DNA of 64,000 nt from an uncultured Gemmatimonadaceae bacterium (GCA_964580055.1 CAZOJI010000012.1:7581-71580); one strand, 5' to 3'. Positions 1 through 10,745 are shown, counted from the stretch's first letter. Program-made: numbers and translations. The notes: generated from the letters alone by a model not told the origin.

Positions 1-114
1 GACAACGTTGTGCACCTGCGCCGCGCGCGGATACGCAACCACTGCCAAAACCAGCCAAATGGTCAGGATGTAGAAGCGGGACCTTACAATTAAGTTCGCG
101 GGAAGCGGAATCAC
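1..114 (-). CDS. 5' part of a membrane protein running off the window edge (possibly MMPL/RND-family transporter)
   Basis: GTG at 114 opens VIPLPANLIVRSRFYILTIWLVLAVVAYPRAAQVHNVV to the edge; hydrophobic helix resembling MMPL N-termini. Confidence 0.35.
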   Translation of the reverse strand, partial: MIPLPANLIVRSRFYILTIWLVLAVVAYPRAAQVHNVV

Positions 115-295
115 GGCTTTCTCAGCCGCGTGGAGTTGACTGGATCAACCAAGTTGCGTATCGGGCCCTCCGGTTCACAGCGACGAAGAGTGTTTGCAAT
201 GTCGAACAGGGCCTGTATGATAGGCGGGCCGGGCCAAGTTTGCCAGGATGCTAGCATGGTAGCGGGTTTGGACTGAGCGGGACGATATTCTTAGC

Positions 296-1024
296 ATGAG
301 AATAGCTGTGATCGTGGCCTTTGTTGTAGTGGTTGTGGGTGCGTTGGTCGTACTGCAAGGTCGTAATGAAGACCCTCTGGAACCGCCAATCGCCGATTCC
401 GGCCCACCGAATACTGCGGCAAGTGCGGCTGCAAGCATAGACAGTGCACGAGCGGTCCGCTCGGCGGTAAGGAAGCGGATTGCTGACTCACATACCTACC
501 TTGGTTTCAGCCTCGCAGAAACCGACTCGGTGTTGAGGCGGTGGCAAGACCGTACTGTACGAAGGTTGAACATCCACGTGATCGAGAACGACGCGGCCAA
601 ATCCCGTGAGGGGCTGGAGCGAGCCGTGAGGAGCGCTTTCGCGCGTTGGGAGCGCGTCGGTGCCATACCGGTGGCATTTCAGATGATCCGCGATTCTGCA
701 AGAGCTGAAGTTCACATACGATGGATAAGATCGTTCTCCTCGAACCGTAGCGGAGAGGCAGAGGTGTATTGGGACCGTGACGGTTGGATTCGTAAGGCGA
801 CTCTGACGCTTGCCACATATTACTTCGATGGACGCCAGGTTCGACCGGATGTGTTGTATACGGTGGCGCTGCACGAAATCGGTCATCTACTTGGGTTGGG
901 GCATTCCGACGATCCCGCAGACCTGATGTACCCGGTAACCACAGTGAACGATCTCACGTCACGTGACCGTCGCACTGCCCGGCTACTCTATGCTCTGCCA
1001 CCGGGATCCGTCAAAGACCCTTAA
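296..1024 (+). CDS. Matrixin-family (metzincin) zinc metalloprotease, N-terminally anchored
   Basis: HEIGHLLGLGHS zinc motif plus Met-turn (LMYP); hydrophobic N-terminus. Confidence 0.9.
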   Translation: MRIAVIVAFVVVVVGALVVLQGRNEDPLEPPIADSGPPNTAASAAASIDSARAVRSAVRKRIADSHTYLGFSLAETDSVLRRWQDRTVRRLNIHVIENDAAKSREGLERAVRSAFARWERVGAIPVAFQMIRDSARAEVHIRWIRSFSSNRSGEAEVYWDRDGWIRKATLTLATYYFDGRQVRPDVLYTVALHEIGHLLGLGHSDDPADLMYPVTTVNDLTSRDRRTARLLYALPPGSVKDP

Positions 1025-1041
1025 AACGGATTTGATGCTCT

Positions 1042-2520
1042 CTACTTGTCAGCTGCGTCCAGTCTCTGTGCTATGAAGTACGCGTACTCGGCGTACCGTT
1101 GGAGACCGCCGAAAGGAAAATCTGCTGTCCATTCATCCTGCGGATCGTGGTAATATCGCCATCTGTGCTTGAGCGCGTCGGAGCTGTCTGAGCTCAGACC
1201 TTCATATGCCCCGGGGCCGGGAATGACGAAGACACCGGGCACGCCTTCCCTGACGAAGGGATAATAATCGGAGTTTGGGGACGGTGGAGATGTTGTTACC
1301 TCCCAACCGCGTTCCTGCGCGATCCCGATTGCGATAGCGCCGAGCCCGGTCGAGTCGACTCCGGCCAAGCGGAAGCTCTCCAGGCGTCCGGCCGGCGCTC
1401 CTCCGTCGATGTTGATGACCGCCCGGGTCTTCTCGAGCGGCCAAAACGGACGTGCAACATAATAATCAGAGCCCAACAACCCTCGTTCCTCTCCGTCAAG
1501 AAACAGGAACAGCCACGAGTGTCGAGGCGGCGTCTGTGCTTCGAGGGCTGCTGCTCGCGCTATCCCCAGCAGCATTGCCACCCCGGCAGCATTGTCCGCA
1601 AAACCGTTGTAGATGCTGTCACCAGCAGTATCCGGCTTTGAGGCTACGCCGAGATGATCGTAGTGTGCGGTGAATACTACCGCCGTGTCCCCTGCGCCTT
1701 CACCTGTTCCTGGAAGCTGACATACGATGTTCTCAGCTTCCACCGGGCTACTGTCTTTCGCCAAATCCACGGCCACTTCCACACCGAGGGGCCCGGCGAC
1801 GACCTCACTGCCTCTTACGGCACCCACAACCAGCGCCGCGGACAGTCGCGGACCTGCAAGCACTGAGGGTAAAGAGGGTAAGAATGACGACACAATCGAT
1901 GGGTCTCGGTGGTAGAGACGCGCGGTGCCACGACTTGCCACGTACGCATCATAGGCCCCTTGCTCAGGAAGGATGTGCACTACCGCGACAGCGCCGCGTT
2001 CACGCAACAGATCGAAGCCGTCCCTGGTGACCCTTGGACCCAGCACTACAGCTACCGCCCCGTCGAGCTGTAAGCCTCGAAGTCGCTCTGAGTCGAGTTC
2101 GCTAGCCGCACCGACGTACACGGCGGGGCCTCGAAAGCTCGAAAAGGTCGCTCGCGTGCCCAGATTGGGAATGAAGTCGTCGGGGTAAATGAATGTCAAC
2201 GGGCGACTCAGCCGGGTTGCGATGAGTCGAGTGCCGGGCAGTATCGTTGTCCGTTCCAGTGGGACCGGTTGCCCGTAGGTGCTTCCGGCGGGTACGAGTC
2301 CAATTCTGCGACACTCGCTCTTGATATATGCGGCCGCGAGACGCGCCCCCTCCGTGCCGGTTGCGCGGCCCTTGAGCAAGTCGTGCGATAGAAAGTACGT
2401 TTGTGCTCGCATGCCAAGGGTATCGATGGAGGGCTGCCCCACCGCGTGGTGAAATGTCAGAGCCAGGAGTGCTGCGGAAATAAGAACTAGGTTGATGAAC
2501 CGGCGAGGCTTGAATGCCAT
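1042..2520 (-). CDS. M28-family peptidase with PA-like insert, secreted
   Basis: AHYDHLG, NGFADNAAG, GEERGLLGS, NID, NSDYYPF, YHDPQD motifs; signal peptide; start 2520 chosen over 2544. Confidence 0.88.
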   Translation of the reverse strand: MAFKPRRFINLVLISAALLALTFHHAVGQPSIDTLGMRAQTYFLSHDLLKGRATGTEGARLAAAYIKSECRRIGLVPAGSTYGQPVPLERTTILPGTRLIATRLSRPLTFIYPDDFIPNLGTRATFSSFRGPAVYVGAASELDSERLRGLQLDGAVAVVLGPRVTRDGFDLLRERGAVAVVHILPEQGAYDAYVASRGTARLYHRDPSIVSSFLPSLPSVLAGPRLSAALVVGAVRGSEVVAGPLGVEVAVDLAKDSSPVEAENIVCQLPGTGEGAGDTAVVFTAHYDHLGVASKPDTAGDSIYNGFADNAAGVAMLLGIARAAALEAQTPPRHSWLFLFLDGEERGLLGSDYYVARPFWPLEKTRAVINIDGGAPAGRLESFRLAGVDSTGLGAIAIGIAQERGWEVTTSPPSPNSDYYPFVREGVPGVFVIPGPGAYEGLSSDSSDALKHRWRYYHDPQDEWTADFPFGGLQRYAEYAYFIAQRLDAADK

Positions 2521-2587
2521 GTGTAATTCCAGTTGTGGCCGCATAGTAGAAATAGAGTGAAAACATTACAATAAATGCTTAGAAAAG

Positions 2588-3748
2588 ATGATGCTTTTAC
2601 TGACACTTGCGCTAATGGCTCAGATAGGCGCTGTTGCTCGGATTGACGAGGCGGTTCGGGATGGTATTGACGCGGGCTCCTATCCCGGCGCCGTGGTTGT
2701 GATAGGCACACACGACACGGTCCTTCACGCGAAAGGGTACGGGCACTTCTCCTGGTCGCCTGAAAGTCAAACTCCCGATGTCGGCAACACCGTCTGGGAT
2801 CTCGCTTCTCTCACCAAGGTGGTAGCCACCACCCCTGCAATTATGCGTCTCGTGGACGAGGGGCGCCTGTCGCTCAGCGACCCGGTCCAGCAGTACCTGC
2901 CGGCGTTTGCGGGCGATGGCAAAGAGGTGATAACCGTTAGAAACCTGTTGGAACATCGTTCCGGCCTGCGAGCGTTTCTGCCGCTGAACGAGTGGGCCGA
3001 GACTTCCGAGGAGGCAAGACGCCTGGTGTTGACGGAGCGGCTACGTTGGTCGCCGGGTTCTCGCGTCGAATACAGCGATCTCAATGCGATGCTGCTGGGG
3101 TGGATCGTCGAAGAGGTTGCCGGAATGCCCCTGGACGAATTCGTGGAAAATGAGATCTACGCCGGCCTTGGCATGACGGAAACCAGATTCCGTCCCTCGC
3201 GGAGTATCACAAGCCGAATGGCGCCAGTGGGATTGTGGCGCGGACACGTGATCGCCGGCGAGCTACATGACCAGAACGCGGTACGATTGGGCGGCGTATC
3301 CGGACATGCTGGTTTGTACAGCACCGGCACCGATCTGGTCCGTTATGCTCAGTTGCTCTTGTCGGAGGGCAGGACTCCAGACGGGACCCGGCATTTCCAG
3401 CCGGAGACGCTCCGCGAATTCACGACACGGGGGCCTGGCAACCGCGCCTTGGGTTGGGGGGCTCGAGACACCACTGAAGAGGCGAACACGGGCACGAGGT
3501 TGTCATCGAGAGCATTCGGCCACGGCGGATACACAGGCACCTCTATTTGGATAGACCCTGACCTCGACCTGTTCATCATCATACTGACGAACCGCGTGTT
3601 CGCACCACGAACGAGAAGGTCGATAACTGTTCTGAAATCTGTTCGGGGACGAGTAGCGGACGCAGCCGTGAGCCTACTCAATCTCTCACGGCAGCGAGGA
3701 TTTCATCCACACCCAACACAGAGATCTGCCAGCGGCGCAACTCGCTGA
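2588..3748 (+). CDS. Serine hydrolase, beta-lactamase class C-like family
   Basis: SLTK (SxxK), YSD, GHAGL, FGHGGYTG motifs. Confidence 0.88.
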   Translation: MMLLLTLALMAQIGAVARIDEAVRDGIDAGSYPGAVVVIGTHDTVLHAKGYGHFSWSPESQTPDVGNTVWDLASLTKVVATTPAIMRLVDEGRLSLSDPVQQYLPAFAGDGKEVITVRNLLEHRSGLRAFLPLNEWAETSEEARRLVLTERLRWSPGSRVEYSDLNAMLLGWIVEEVAGMPLDEFVENEIYAGLGMTETRFRPSRSITSRMAPVGLWRGHVIAGELHDQNAVRLGGVSGHAGLYSTGTDLVRYAQLLLSEGRTPDGTRHFQPETLREFTTRGPGNRALGWGARDTTEEANTGTRLSSRAFGHGGYTGTSIWIDPDLDLFIIILTNRVFAPRTRRSITVLKSVRGRVADAAVSLLNLSRQRGFHPHPTQRSASGATR

Positions 3749-4838
3749 TCTCCTGTAGCTGTTCGACAGTCTCCGGCGCCGCCCGCGCTACGGCTTGGAG
3801 CGTTCCGTTGGGGCAGAGCAGACCCGAGTCCAAACCGACGTCTCTCGCTCGTTTGTTTCGCAGAGCCTTGAGCCGCTCCAGCCTCGAATCATAAGCGTGG
3901 TCGGCCTCAGGTCGTTTGCCCTTACGCAACCGCGGAAGGTCCTTACCTGATGTTGCCAAGCCAGCCGAAATGGCTTTGAGAAGCTCTGGTCCGTAGCGCT
4001 TGATTGCAGATGCAGGTACTCCCGGCGTGCTCGACAGTCGCTTCTGGTTCTTGGGTGCGGTTCGAGCGAGGTTCAGCATAGCCGCGTTGCCGAGTATTCG
4101 GAATGGTGCCCGATCCAACGAGGCTGCGTTCGCCTCCCGCCAGGCATGGAGTTCCCGCAGTACAGCAAGAGCCCTCCTCGGCAGCGCCTTGGCGCCCTTG
4201 ATTCGGAGAAAGGCGTGTTCCTCGTCTACCGCGGGGGGTGTCCACTTGCGGTGTTCGAGCTGAGCAAACTCCTCCAGGGCCCATTCCAGGCGGCCCAGCT
4301 CCTTCAACCTCTCCTCCAGGACGTCCCGCAGAATCAGCAGGTAGCGTGTGTCGTCGGCCGCATACGAATTCATCTCGTCCGTCAACGGCCGCTGAGACCA
4401 GTCGGCTCGCTGGAGTTTCTTGTTCACAGCAACGTGGAAATACTTCTCCAGCAGAGCGCCGAGGCCAACAGATTGCTCGCCTGCCAACTGAGCTGCGATG
4501 CGTGTGTCGAACACGTTGCGCGCCAAGAATCCATAATCCCGATTGAGGATGCGAAGATCGTAGTCGGCATCGTGAAAGACTACCTCGATTTCTGGATCGG
4601 AAATCAGGGCACCGATCGGACTCAGGTCGTCAAAAGCGAGTGGGTCGACCAAGGCCAACTCATGGTCGCTGCTGACTTGGATCAAATAGACGCGGTCCAC
4701 ATATCGGTGAAAAGAAGCGGCCTCCGTGTCGACCGCGATGCGGGGTCGGGCAGCGAGTGTGCCGGCGAGTCGAGACAAAGCAGCGGAATCCGCCACCATT
4801 TCCGGAAGCTCGTCTCTGGGTGCAGGTAACTCAGCCAC
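3678..4838 (-). CDS. rnd: Ribonuclease D (DEDD exonuclease + HRDC)
   Basis: AVDTE, FHDADYDL, FDTRIAA, DWSQRPL, YAADDT and HRDC-like C-terminus. Confidence 0.9.
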   Translation of the reverse strand: MAELPAPRDELPEMVADSAALSRLAGTLAARPRIAVDTEAASFHRYVDRVYLIQVSSDHELALVDPLAFDDLSPIGALISDPEIEVVFHDADYDLRILNRDYGFLARNVFDTRIAAQLAGEQSVGLGALLEKYFHVAVNKKLQRADWSQRPLTDEMNSYAADDTRYLLILRDVLEERLKELGRLEWALEEFAQLEHRKWTPPAVDEEHAFLRIKGAKALPRRALAVLRELHAWREANAASLDRAPFRILGNAAMLNLARTAPKNQKRLSSTPGVPASAIKRYGPELLKAISAGLATSGKDLPRLRKGKRPEADHAYDSRLERLKALRNKRARDVGLDSGLLCPNGTLQAVARAAPETVEQLQEISELRRWQISVLGVDEILAAVRD

Positions 4839-5209
4839 GAACTAAACATCGCATGCTTCGGACAGAACGGAAAGCCGTGTGAGAAATCGGGCGCAGTTGG
4901 GTTCCGTTGTAGTTTTACTGAAGATAGCTCCCGTTGTCGAAAGTAGGGCTCAGGAACTCGTTCGGGCTTAAGTATCCATCCGAATGAGGTTAGAAATCAG
5001 CGCGTAACGACCGTGTACAGATAGTAACGCGACAGTAACCAGATTGTGGTAAATATGTCACGCTTGCTTAGAGGACGCGAACTCCAGGTTCAATGAAAAG
5101 GAGCGAGTTTCGGCCGTGTTTCGGGCAAGGTGTGTGGAGCAATTTCTCACCTGCTGTCGTCGCAGGTGGTCAGACCTTAAGTTGAGCTAGGAGTAAACAG
5201 GGGTTAGGG

Positions 5210-6421
5210 GTGAGTAAGATTCCTTCAGTTGAGCTTATGGTATATCCGGACGACTGCGACTCGTTTGGGCATGTTAACCAGGCGACTTTTTTGCGTCTGT
5301 TTGAACATGCGAGATGGCAGGCAGTTGCAGCGGGGCCGGGAATGGATGTTTTCGAGCGAACCGATGCATGGCCTGCCGTCCGGAAGACCACGATTGAATA
5401 CAAAGCCGGAGTGTTTCCGGGAGACAAACTGCGTTTCGAGTTTTCACTCACGGATTTGGGACGTACGAGCTTCACTATGCACCAAAGCGCGACTCGCGAT
5501 TCCGACAACGTGGTCGTTGCCGAGGCAGATTTTCTCTTCGTATGTCTTACTCGGGACGGAACACCTACTCCCGTGCCCGCTGAAGTAGCCGACTTCCTTG
5601 GAGGTCGGCGTACCGCCAGGCCAAGCGGCACGCAACAGTTGCTGGTGAGAGGTGTGTCGACGGGGTTCGAAGTTCAGGGCGACGGCAATGCAGTGTTGTT
5701 CATACACGGCTTCCCGATGGACCGCACCATGTGGCGGGATTTGATCAGTACACTGACCGGTTGGCGGAGGATCGCTCCCGATCTGCGCGGCATGGGGTCG
5801 AGCGACGGTCCAAGTACTGGTTACTCGATGGTTGATTACGCGGATGATTTGGCGGCGCTGCTGGACATTCTGGACGTTCGGCGGGCTGCCGTTTGCGGTC
5901 TTTCGATGGGCGGCTACGCGGCGTTTGAGTTCCTGCGCCGGCACAGGGAGCGAGTTAGAGGCCTGATACTGCTGAACACTCGAGCCGACAGCGACTCCCC
6001 TGACGCGAAAAAGGACAGAGACGAGATGATCGCTGCGGTTCGGAGGAATGGGGTCGCGGTTTTGGGGGAGCTTCTTATCCACAGGTTGTTGGCGCCTGAT
6101 TCCATAGACGTGATGCCGCATCTCGTGGAGCGGATTGAACAGATGCTCGAGGGACATTCTCTGCAAGGGGTGGTTGGAGCGATCGAGGCGATGAAGGCAA
6201 GGACCGATTACAGCGGCGTGCTGGAGCACATCGATGTGCCGACCCTGGTTGTCGCGGGTAGGGAGGATCGCCTAATTTCAGTGGACAGATCTGAGGCGCT
6301 GGCAAGCGCGATACCAGATGCGCAGTTCACGGTGATAGGTGATGCGGGCCACGTCACTCCGATGGAACAGCCCATTGCTACCGGGAGGGTGATTCGGGAA
6401 TTTCTCGAATCGATTGACTAG
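5210..6421 (+). CDS. Fusion: hot-dog acyl-CoA thioesterase (YbgC/4HBT-like) + alpha/beta hydrolase
   Basis: N-terminal DCDSFGHVN and LGRTSF; C-terminal FIHGF, PDLRGMG, GLSMGG nucleophile elbow, GREDRL, AGH. Confidence 0.85.
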   Translation: MSKIPSVELMVYPDDCDSFGHVNQATFLRLFEHARWQAVAAGPGMDVFERTDAWPAVRKTTIEYKAGVFPGDKLRFEFSLTDLGRTSFTMHQSATRDSDNVVVAEADFLFVCLTRDGTPTPVPAEVADFLGGRRTARPSGTQQLLVRGVSTGFEVQGDGNAVLFIHGFPMDRTMWRDLISTLTGWRRIAPDLRGMGSSDGPSTGYSMVDYADDLAALLDILDVRRAAVCGLSMGGYAAFEFLRRHRERVRGLILLNTRADSDSPDAKKDRDEMIAAVRRNGVAVLGELLIHRLLAPDSIDVMPHLVERIEQMLEGHSLQGVVGAIEAMKARTDYSGVLEHIDVPTLVVAGREDRLISVDRSEALASAIPDAQFTVIGDAGHVTPMEQPIATGRVIREFLESID

Positions 6422-6427
6422 CTGAAT

Positions 6428-7078
6428 TCAGCGATCGTGTGTGCGTATCCTTCGGCCCAGGCGGCGGCGCATATTCATTGCCGCCTTGCCCGTGGGCTCT
6501 GTGAGATGAGGGCGAAAAGCCGCGAAGTAGTCCCGTTCAGGTAGTCGAGGCTCAGGTGGGCCGTACCTACCGCCCGCTTCGTGGTGCTTTTGCCATTCTT
6601 GTTTCAGGCTCATCGCATTGTGGCCTGTCGGCCGATCCAAGCACAATACGCCATCGAGATGGTCGATCTCATGCTGTAGCAATTCCGCCAACGCTCCCTC
6701 CGACTCGACCCTCCTCCTGTCCCCTGAAAGATCTTGATAGACCACCTCGACGCGAAACGCGCGTTGTACCCGCACCAAGAGGTTCGGGACTGAGAAGCAG
6801 TCGTCCCATACCCAGAAGTCCTCGTCCCCGATATCCGTAATTTTGGGGTTCAAGATGAACCAGGGTTCATCTATCTCCACGTAGATCATCCTTATGGGCG
6901 CGCCGATCTGAGGTGCCGCCAAACCTCTTCCCACGCCGTGCTTTGACTTGAGAAAACGAAATGTCTCCTGGAGATCGTCGGCGACCATCCGGACGGCTGG
7001 GGACCTTGGATTCACAACGGCGTCGGAGGGTGTGCGCAGTACCGGATCGCCCAACAGGTTCACTGATCTGACAGCCAT
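6428..7078 (-). CDS. def: Peptide deformylase (atypical motif 2)
   Basis: GDPVLR, GRGLAAPQIG, DDCFS (for EGCLS), QHEIDHLDG. Confidence 0.85.
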   Translation of the reverse strand: MAVRSVNLLGDPVLRTPSDAVVNPRSPAVRMVADDLQETFRFLKSKHGVGRGLAAPQIGAPIRMIYVEIDEPWFILNPKITDIGDEDFWVWDDCFSVPNLLVRVQRAFRVEVVYQDLSGDRRRVESEGALAELLQHEIDHLDGVLCLDRPTGHNAMSLKQEWQKHHEAGGRYGPPEPRLPERDYFAAFRPHLTEPTGKAAMNMRRRLGRRIRTHDR

Positions 7079-7123
7079 TTCAGACCTCTCGCATCAGACG
7101 GGCGTCCAATCTAAGATGTTAGG

Positions 7124-7714
7124 ATGATTGCGGCCACCATCTTAGCTGCAGGGGCTTCCAGGAGGATGGGATGCCCGAAGGCGCTTCTGGACTATCGAGG
7201 GCGTACTTTCCTTCAGAGAATCCTGGATTTGTTGGACGAACTGGGCCTGGAGTGTATCGTCGCGATCGGCTACGATGCAGATAAGGTGTTGGCAAGACAC
7301 GACTTGCATGGCGTTGTCACGGTAGAGAACGAGCAGTTGTGCGCTGGGCCCATTGGATCGATCAGGGCTGCCATTCGCGCAATCGAAGGCCGCCAAGTCC
7401 AAGGCCTGCTGGTTTGGCCGGTAGACTTGCCACACGTAAGGAAAGGAACTGTACGGGCACTCCTGGAGCGCTTTCGTCGACCGGACCAATCGGCAATCGT
7501 GATCCCGGAGTTCGAGGGGCGTGGAGGACATCCGGTCATCTTCGGGAGGCAGGTGTTCGATGAGCTCTTGGGTGCACCTGATACCGAAGGGGCAAGGTCG
7601 GTCGTGCGCCGCGATCCTGAACGAGTGGCAAGGATACCGGTTCGGGACGATGCTGTCCTATGGAGCATCAATACGCCCGAAGCTTACCAGCGCTTGCTGC
7701 GCCGCGAACGTTAA
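7124..7714 (+). CDS. Nucleotidyltransferase family protein (MocA/MobA-like)
   Basis: ILAAGASRRMGCPKALL, PVDLP, GHPVIF, GAR, INTPEAY. Confidence 0.85.
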   Translation: MIAATILAAGASRRMGCPKALLDYRGRTFLQRILDLLDELGLECIVAIGYDADKVLARHDLHGVVTVENEQLCAGPIGSIRAAIRAIEGRQVQGLLVWPVDLPHVRKGTVRALLERFRRPDQSAIVIPEFEGRGGHPVIFGRQVFDELLGAPDTEGARSVVRRDPERVARIPVRDDAVLWSINTPEAYQRLLRRER

Positions 7715-7728
7715 CAAGGAATCGCCGC

Positions 7729-7759
7729 CGATAGCTGTTTGAGAGTCTTGGAGCTATCG
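7729..7759. terminator. Inverted repeat after the nucleotidyltransferase gene
   Basis: CGATAGCT-N15-AGCTATCG; weak U-tail. Confidence 0.3.
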
Positions 7760-7771
7760 TCTTGCGGTAAA

Positions 7772-7785
7772 CAACAAAAGTGTTA
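7772..7785. promoter_or_regulatory. Candidate SufR operator
   Basis: CAAC-AAAAGT-GTTA, one mismatch to the cyanobacterial SufR box CAAC-N6-GTTG, in an AT-rich tract just upstream of sufR. Confidence 0.5.
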
Positions 7786-7821
7786 ACATTAATGATAATA
7801 GTGACGAATTAAAGGAGTCAT

Positions 7822-8523
7822 ATGGTGTCGATCACACCAGGTCTCGCTGGGCATAAAGGCCTTCGCGGCGAAGTACTCGTTGAGATCAAGAAGTGCCAGC
7901 CCGTTACCGCCAAGGAGCTTGCGACTTCCTTCGGGGTTTCGGCGAACGCAGTGCGGCGCCATCTCAAGGAATTGGAATCGGCTGGACTGGTCGAATACGC
8001 GCTGGAACACAGGGGGAGCGGCGCCCCGGCATACACGTTCAGGTTGAGCGAAGAAGGTGAACAGGTCTTTCCGAAGAAGTACGGTGAAGTCCTCACAGAT
8101 GTGCTTGGCGTGGTTGCGCGCGGATTGGGACGAGATGCGGTTAAGCAGATATTTGCGCAGCGGTTTCGGGAGTACACCGAGAGAATTCGCACGCAGAGAC
8201 CAAACGGGAGCCTAGAGGAAAAAGTCGAGGCGGTTGCGGCGCTGCTCACGGATCAGGGGTACATGGCGGATTGGTCTTCGGACGCCGAAGGTCTGACGCT
8301 GGCGAAACACAATTGTGCCCTGCGTGCAGTTGCCGAAGCGTTTCCAGAGATCTGCGAGGCGGAAGCGGAATTCCTCAGCGAAGTGCTGCAGGCCGAAGTG
8401 CAGCGTGATGAAAGCATTCCGGAAGGCTGCAATGCCTGCCTGTACTCCATTTCCCGCAGGGCATCGAACGGAGCCGCCAATCCGACCGCTTCGCAAGGGG
8501 AGGAGGAAGTCGACAATGAGTAA
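7822..8523 (+). CDS. sufR: SufR-like HTH transcriptional regulator with Fe-S Cys ligands
   Basis: HTH ([16 protein letters not shown]), C-terminal HNC..ICEAE..C motif; first gene of the suf operon; SD AAGGAG. Confidence 0.8.
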   Translation: MVSITPGLAGHKGLRGEVLVEIKKCQPVTAKELATSFGVSANAVRRHLKELESAGLVEYALEHRGSGAPAYTFRLSEEGEQVFPKKYGEVLTDVLGVVARGLGRDAVKQIFAQRFREYTERIRTQRPNGSLEEKVEAVAALLTDQGYMADWSSDAEGLTLAKHNCALRAVAEAFPEICEAEAEFLSEVLQAEVQRDESIPEGCNACLYSISRRASNGAANPTASQGEEEVDNE

Positions 8524-9949
8524 TCCGGTTGATAGGCATATTGCTCAGCCGTACAAGTACGGTTGGAGTACCGACATAGATGCGGATGTGCTGCCCGCAG
8601 GGCTGAACGAGGACGTCATTCACGGAATCTCGGAAAAGAAGGGCGAGCCGGAATGGCTGTTGAATTGGAGGCTCAAGGCATACCGTAACTGGCTTACAAT
8701 GCCGGAACCGAAGTGGGCCAACGTGAAGCACGATCCAATTGATTACCAAGGAATACACTACTATGCGGCGCCGAAGCAGGAGAAGCCAGAAAGCCTCGAC
8801 GAAGTAGATCCAAAGGTGCTGGAAGCCTTCCAGAAACTTGGCATTCCGCTGGGGGAGCAGAAGCGGCTTGCCGGGGTGGCCGTGGACGCGGTCTTCGACA
8901 GCGTTTCTGTTGCAACAACTTTTAAGGATACGCTCGCGGAGCATGGGGTGATCTTCTTGCCATTCTCCGAAGCGGTGCGCGAGTATCCGGATTTGGTACG
9001 ACGGTACCTGGGGTCAGTCGTACCGCCAGGTGACAACCTGCACGCGGCCCTGAATTCTGCGGTGTTCAGCGATGGTTCATTCGTGTACGTGCCCAAGGGA
9101 GTCCGCTGCCCGATGGAGTTGTCCACCTATTTCCGCATCAATGCAATCGCCACAGGTCAGTTCGAGCGAACACTGATCATTGCCGACGAGGGCGCGTATG
9201 TGAGTTATCTGGAGGGTTGTTCTGCTCCGATGCGAGACGAGAACCAACTCCACGCAGCGGTTGTGGAATTGGTGGCCCTCGAAGACGCAACGATCAAATA
9301 TTCAACGGTCCAGAACTGGTACCCGGGAGATGAGTTCGGAAAGGGCGGCGTGTACAACTTCGTCACCAAACGGGGCGATTGCCGCGGCGATAATTCCAAG
9401 ATCTCCTGGACGCAGGTGGAAACGGGATCGGCGATCACTTGGAAGTATCCGAGCTGCCTGCTGAAGGGTGACAATTCGGTGGGTGAATTCTATTCCGTGG
9501 CGGTCACCAACAACTATCAACAGGCGGACACGGGTACGAAGATGGTGCACATTGGCAAAAACACCCGCAGTACCATCGTCTCCAAAGGGATTTCGGCTGG
9601 GCATAGCCAGAACACCTACCGTGGACTCGTGAAAATCATGAAAGGCGCTCAGGGAGCGCGGAACTACTCTCAGTGCGACTCGATGTTGATTGGAGACGAA
9701 TGCGGAGCGCACACAGTTCCTTACATAGATGTTCGCAACAGCTCGGCTATCATGGAGCATGAGGCGACCACCTCCAAGATCGGTGAAGACCAGATCTTCT
9801 ATTGTCGCCAGAGGGGGTTGTCGGCTGAAGACGCAGTGTCGATGATCGTCAACGGCTTCTGCAAAGAAGTCTTCAATGAGCTACCGATGGAATTTGCAGT
9901 CGAGGCTCACAACCTCCTGGGATTGACTCTGGAGGGCAGCGTCGGATGA
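8516..9949 (+). CDS. sufB: Fe-S cluster assembly protein SufB
   Basis: [46 protein letters not shown]; ATG 8516 with GGAGG upstream. Confidence 0.97.
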   Translation: MSNPVDRHIAQPYKYGWSTDIDADVLPAGLNEDVIHGISEKKGEPEWLLNWRLKAYRNWLTMPEPKWANVKHDPIDYQGIHYYAAPKQEKPESLDEVDPKVLEAFQKLGIPLGEQKRLAGVAVDAVFDSVSVATTFKDTLAEHGVIFLPFSEAVREYPDLVRRYLGSVVPPGDNLHAALNSAVFSDGSFVYVPKGVRCPMELSTYFRINAIATGQFERTLIIADEGAYVSYLEGCSAPMRDENQLHAAVVELVALEDATIKYSTVQNWYPGDEFGKGGVYNFVTKRGDCRGDNSKISWTQVETGSAITWKYPSCLLKGDNSVGEFYSVAVTNNYQQADTGTKMVHIGKNTRSTIVSKGISAGHSQNTYRGLVKIMKGAQGARNYSQCDSMLIGDECGAHTVPYIDVRNSSAIMEHEATTSKIGEDQIFYCRQRGLSAEDAVSMIVNGFCKEVFNELPMEFAVEAHNLLGLTLEGSVG

Positions 9950-9989
9950 ACATGGAGGAGCACTAAGCCACTCTGGAGAAAGACACAAA

Positions 9990-10745
9990 ATGCTGGAGAT
10001 TCGAGACTTACACGCGGGCATTGAAGGCAAGGAAATCCTCAAGGGAATTGACCTGGATGTAAATGCTGGGGAGGTCCATGCTATCATGGGGCCGAACGGC
10101 TCAGGTAAGAGCACCCTTTCTCAAGTCCTGGCAGGGCACCCGTCGTTCGAGGTTACCATGGGATCGGTGAAGTTCGAGGGCAGCGATCTGCTGGAGCTCG
10201 AGCCGGAAGACCGTGCATGCAAAGGACTGTTCCTGGCGTTCCAATATCCGGCTGAGATCCGTGGAATCACGAATGCCTATTTCCTCAGACATGCGCTGAA
10301 TGCCCGCCGGAATTGCGAGGGCCTGGATGAGCTGGATCCGCTCGACTTCCTGGAACTACTGGAGGGAAAGCTCGAGCAAATAGGCTGGGAGGATAGCTTC
10401 GTCAACCGGCCGGTGAACGAGGGCTTTTCCGGTGGAGAGAAGAAACGCAACGAAATACTGCAGCTGGCGGTTCTGGAGCCCAGGCTGGCTGTGCTGGACG
10501 AGCCTGACTCGGGGCTCGACATCGATGCCCTGAAGGTCGTGGCCGGGGCTGTCAAAGAGTTGCGGAGACCGGACAACGCGACCCTGATCATCACCCACTA
10601 TCAGAGGCTGCTCAACTACGTAACGCCGGATCGCGTGCATGTACTAATGAACGGAAAGATCGTGACTTCTGGCGGCGAAGAGCTGGCGAGGGAGCTGGAG
10701 TCAAAGGGATATGACTGGGTAAAAGAGACTGCGGCGGTGAGCTGA
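9990..10745 (+). CDS. sufC: Fe-S cluster assembly ATPase SufC
   Basis: GPNGSGKST, AFQYP, FSGGEKKRNE, LDEPDSGLD. Confidence 0.97.
   Translation: MLEIRDLHAGIEGKEILKGIDLDVNAGEVHAIMGPNGSGKSTLSQVLAGHPSFEVTMGSVKFEGSDLLELEPEDRACKGLFLAFQYPAEIRGITNAYFLRHALNARRNCEGLDELDPLDFLELLEGKLEQIGWEDSFVNRPVNEGFSGGEKKRNEILQLAVLEPRLAVLDEPDSGLDIDALKVVAGAVKELRRPDNATLIITHYQRLLNYVTPDRVHVLMNGKIVTSGGEELARELESKGYDWVKETAAVS

Noticed and set aside
3678-3748. 71-bp convergent overlap of the serine hydrolase and rnd
   Set aside because: The tail is unstructured and most simply explained by stop-codon drift
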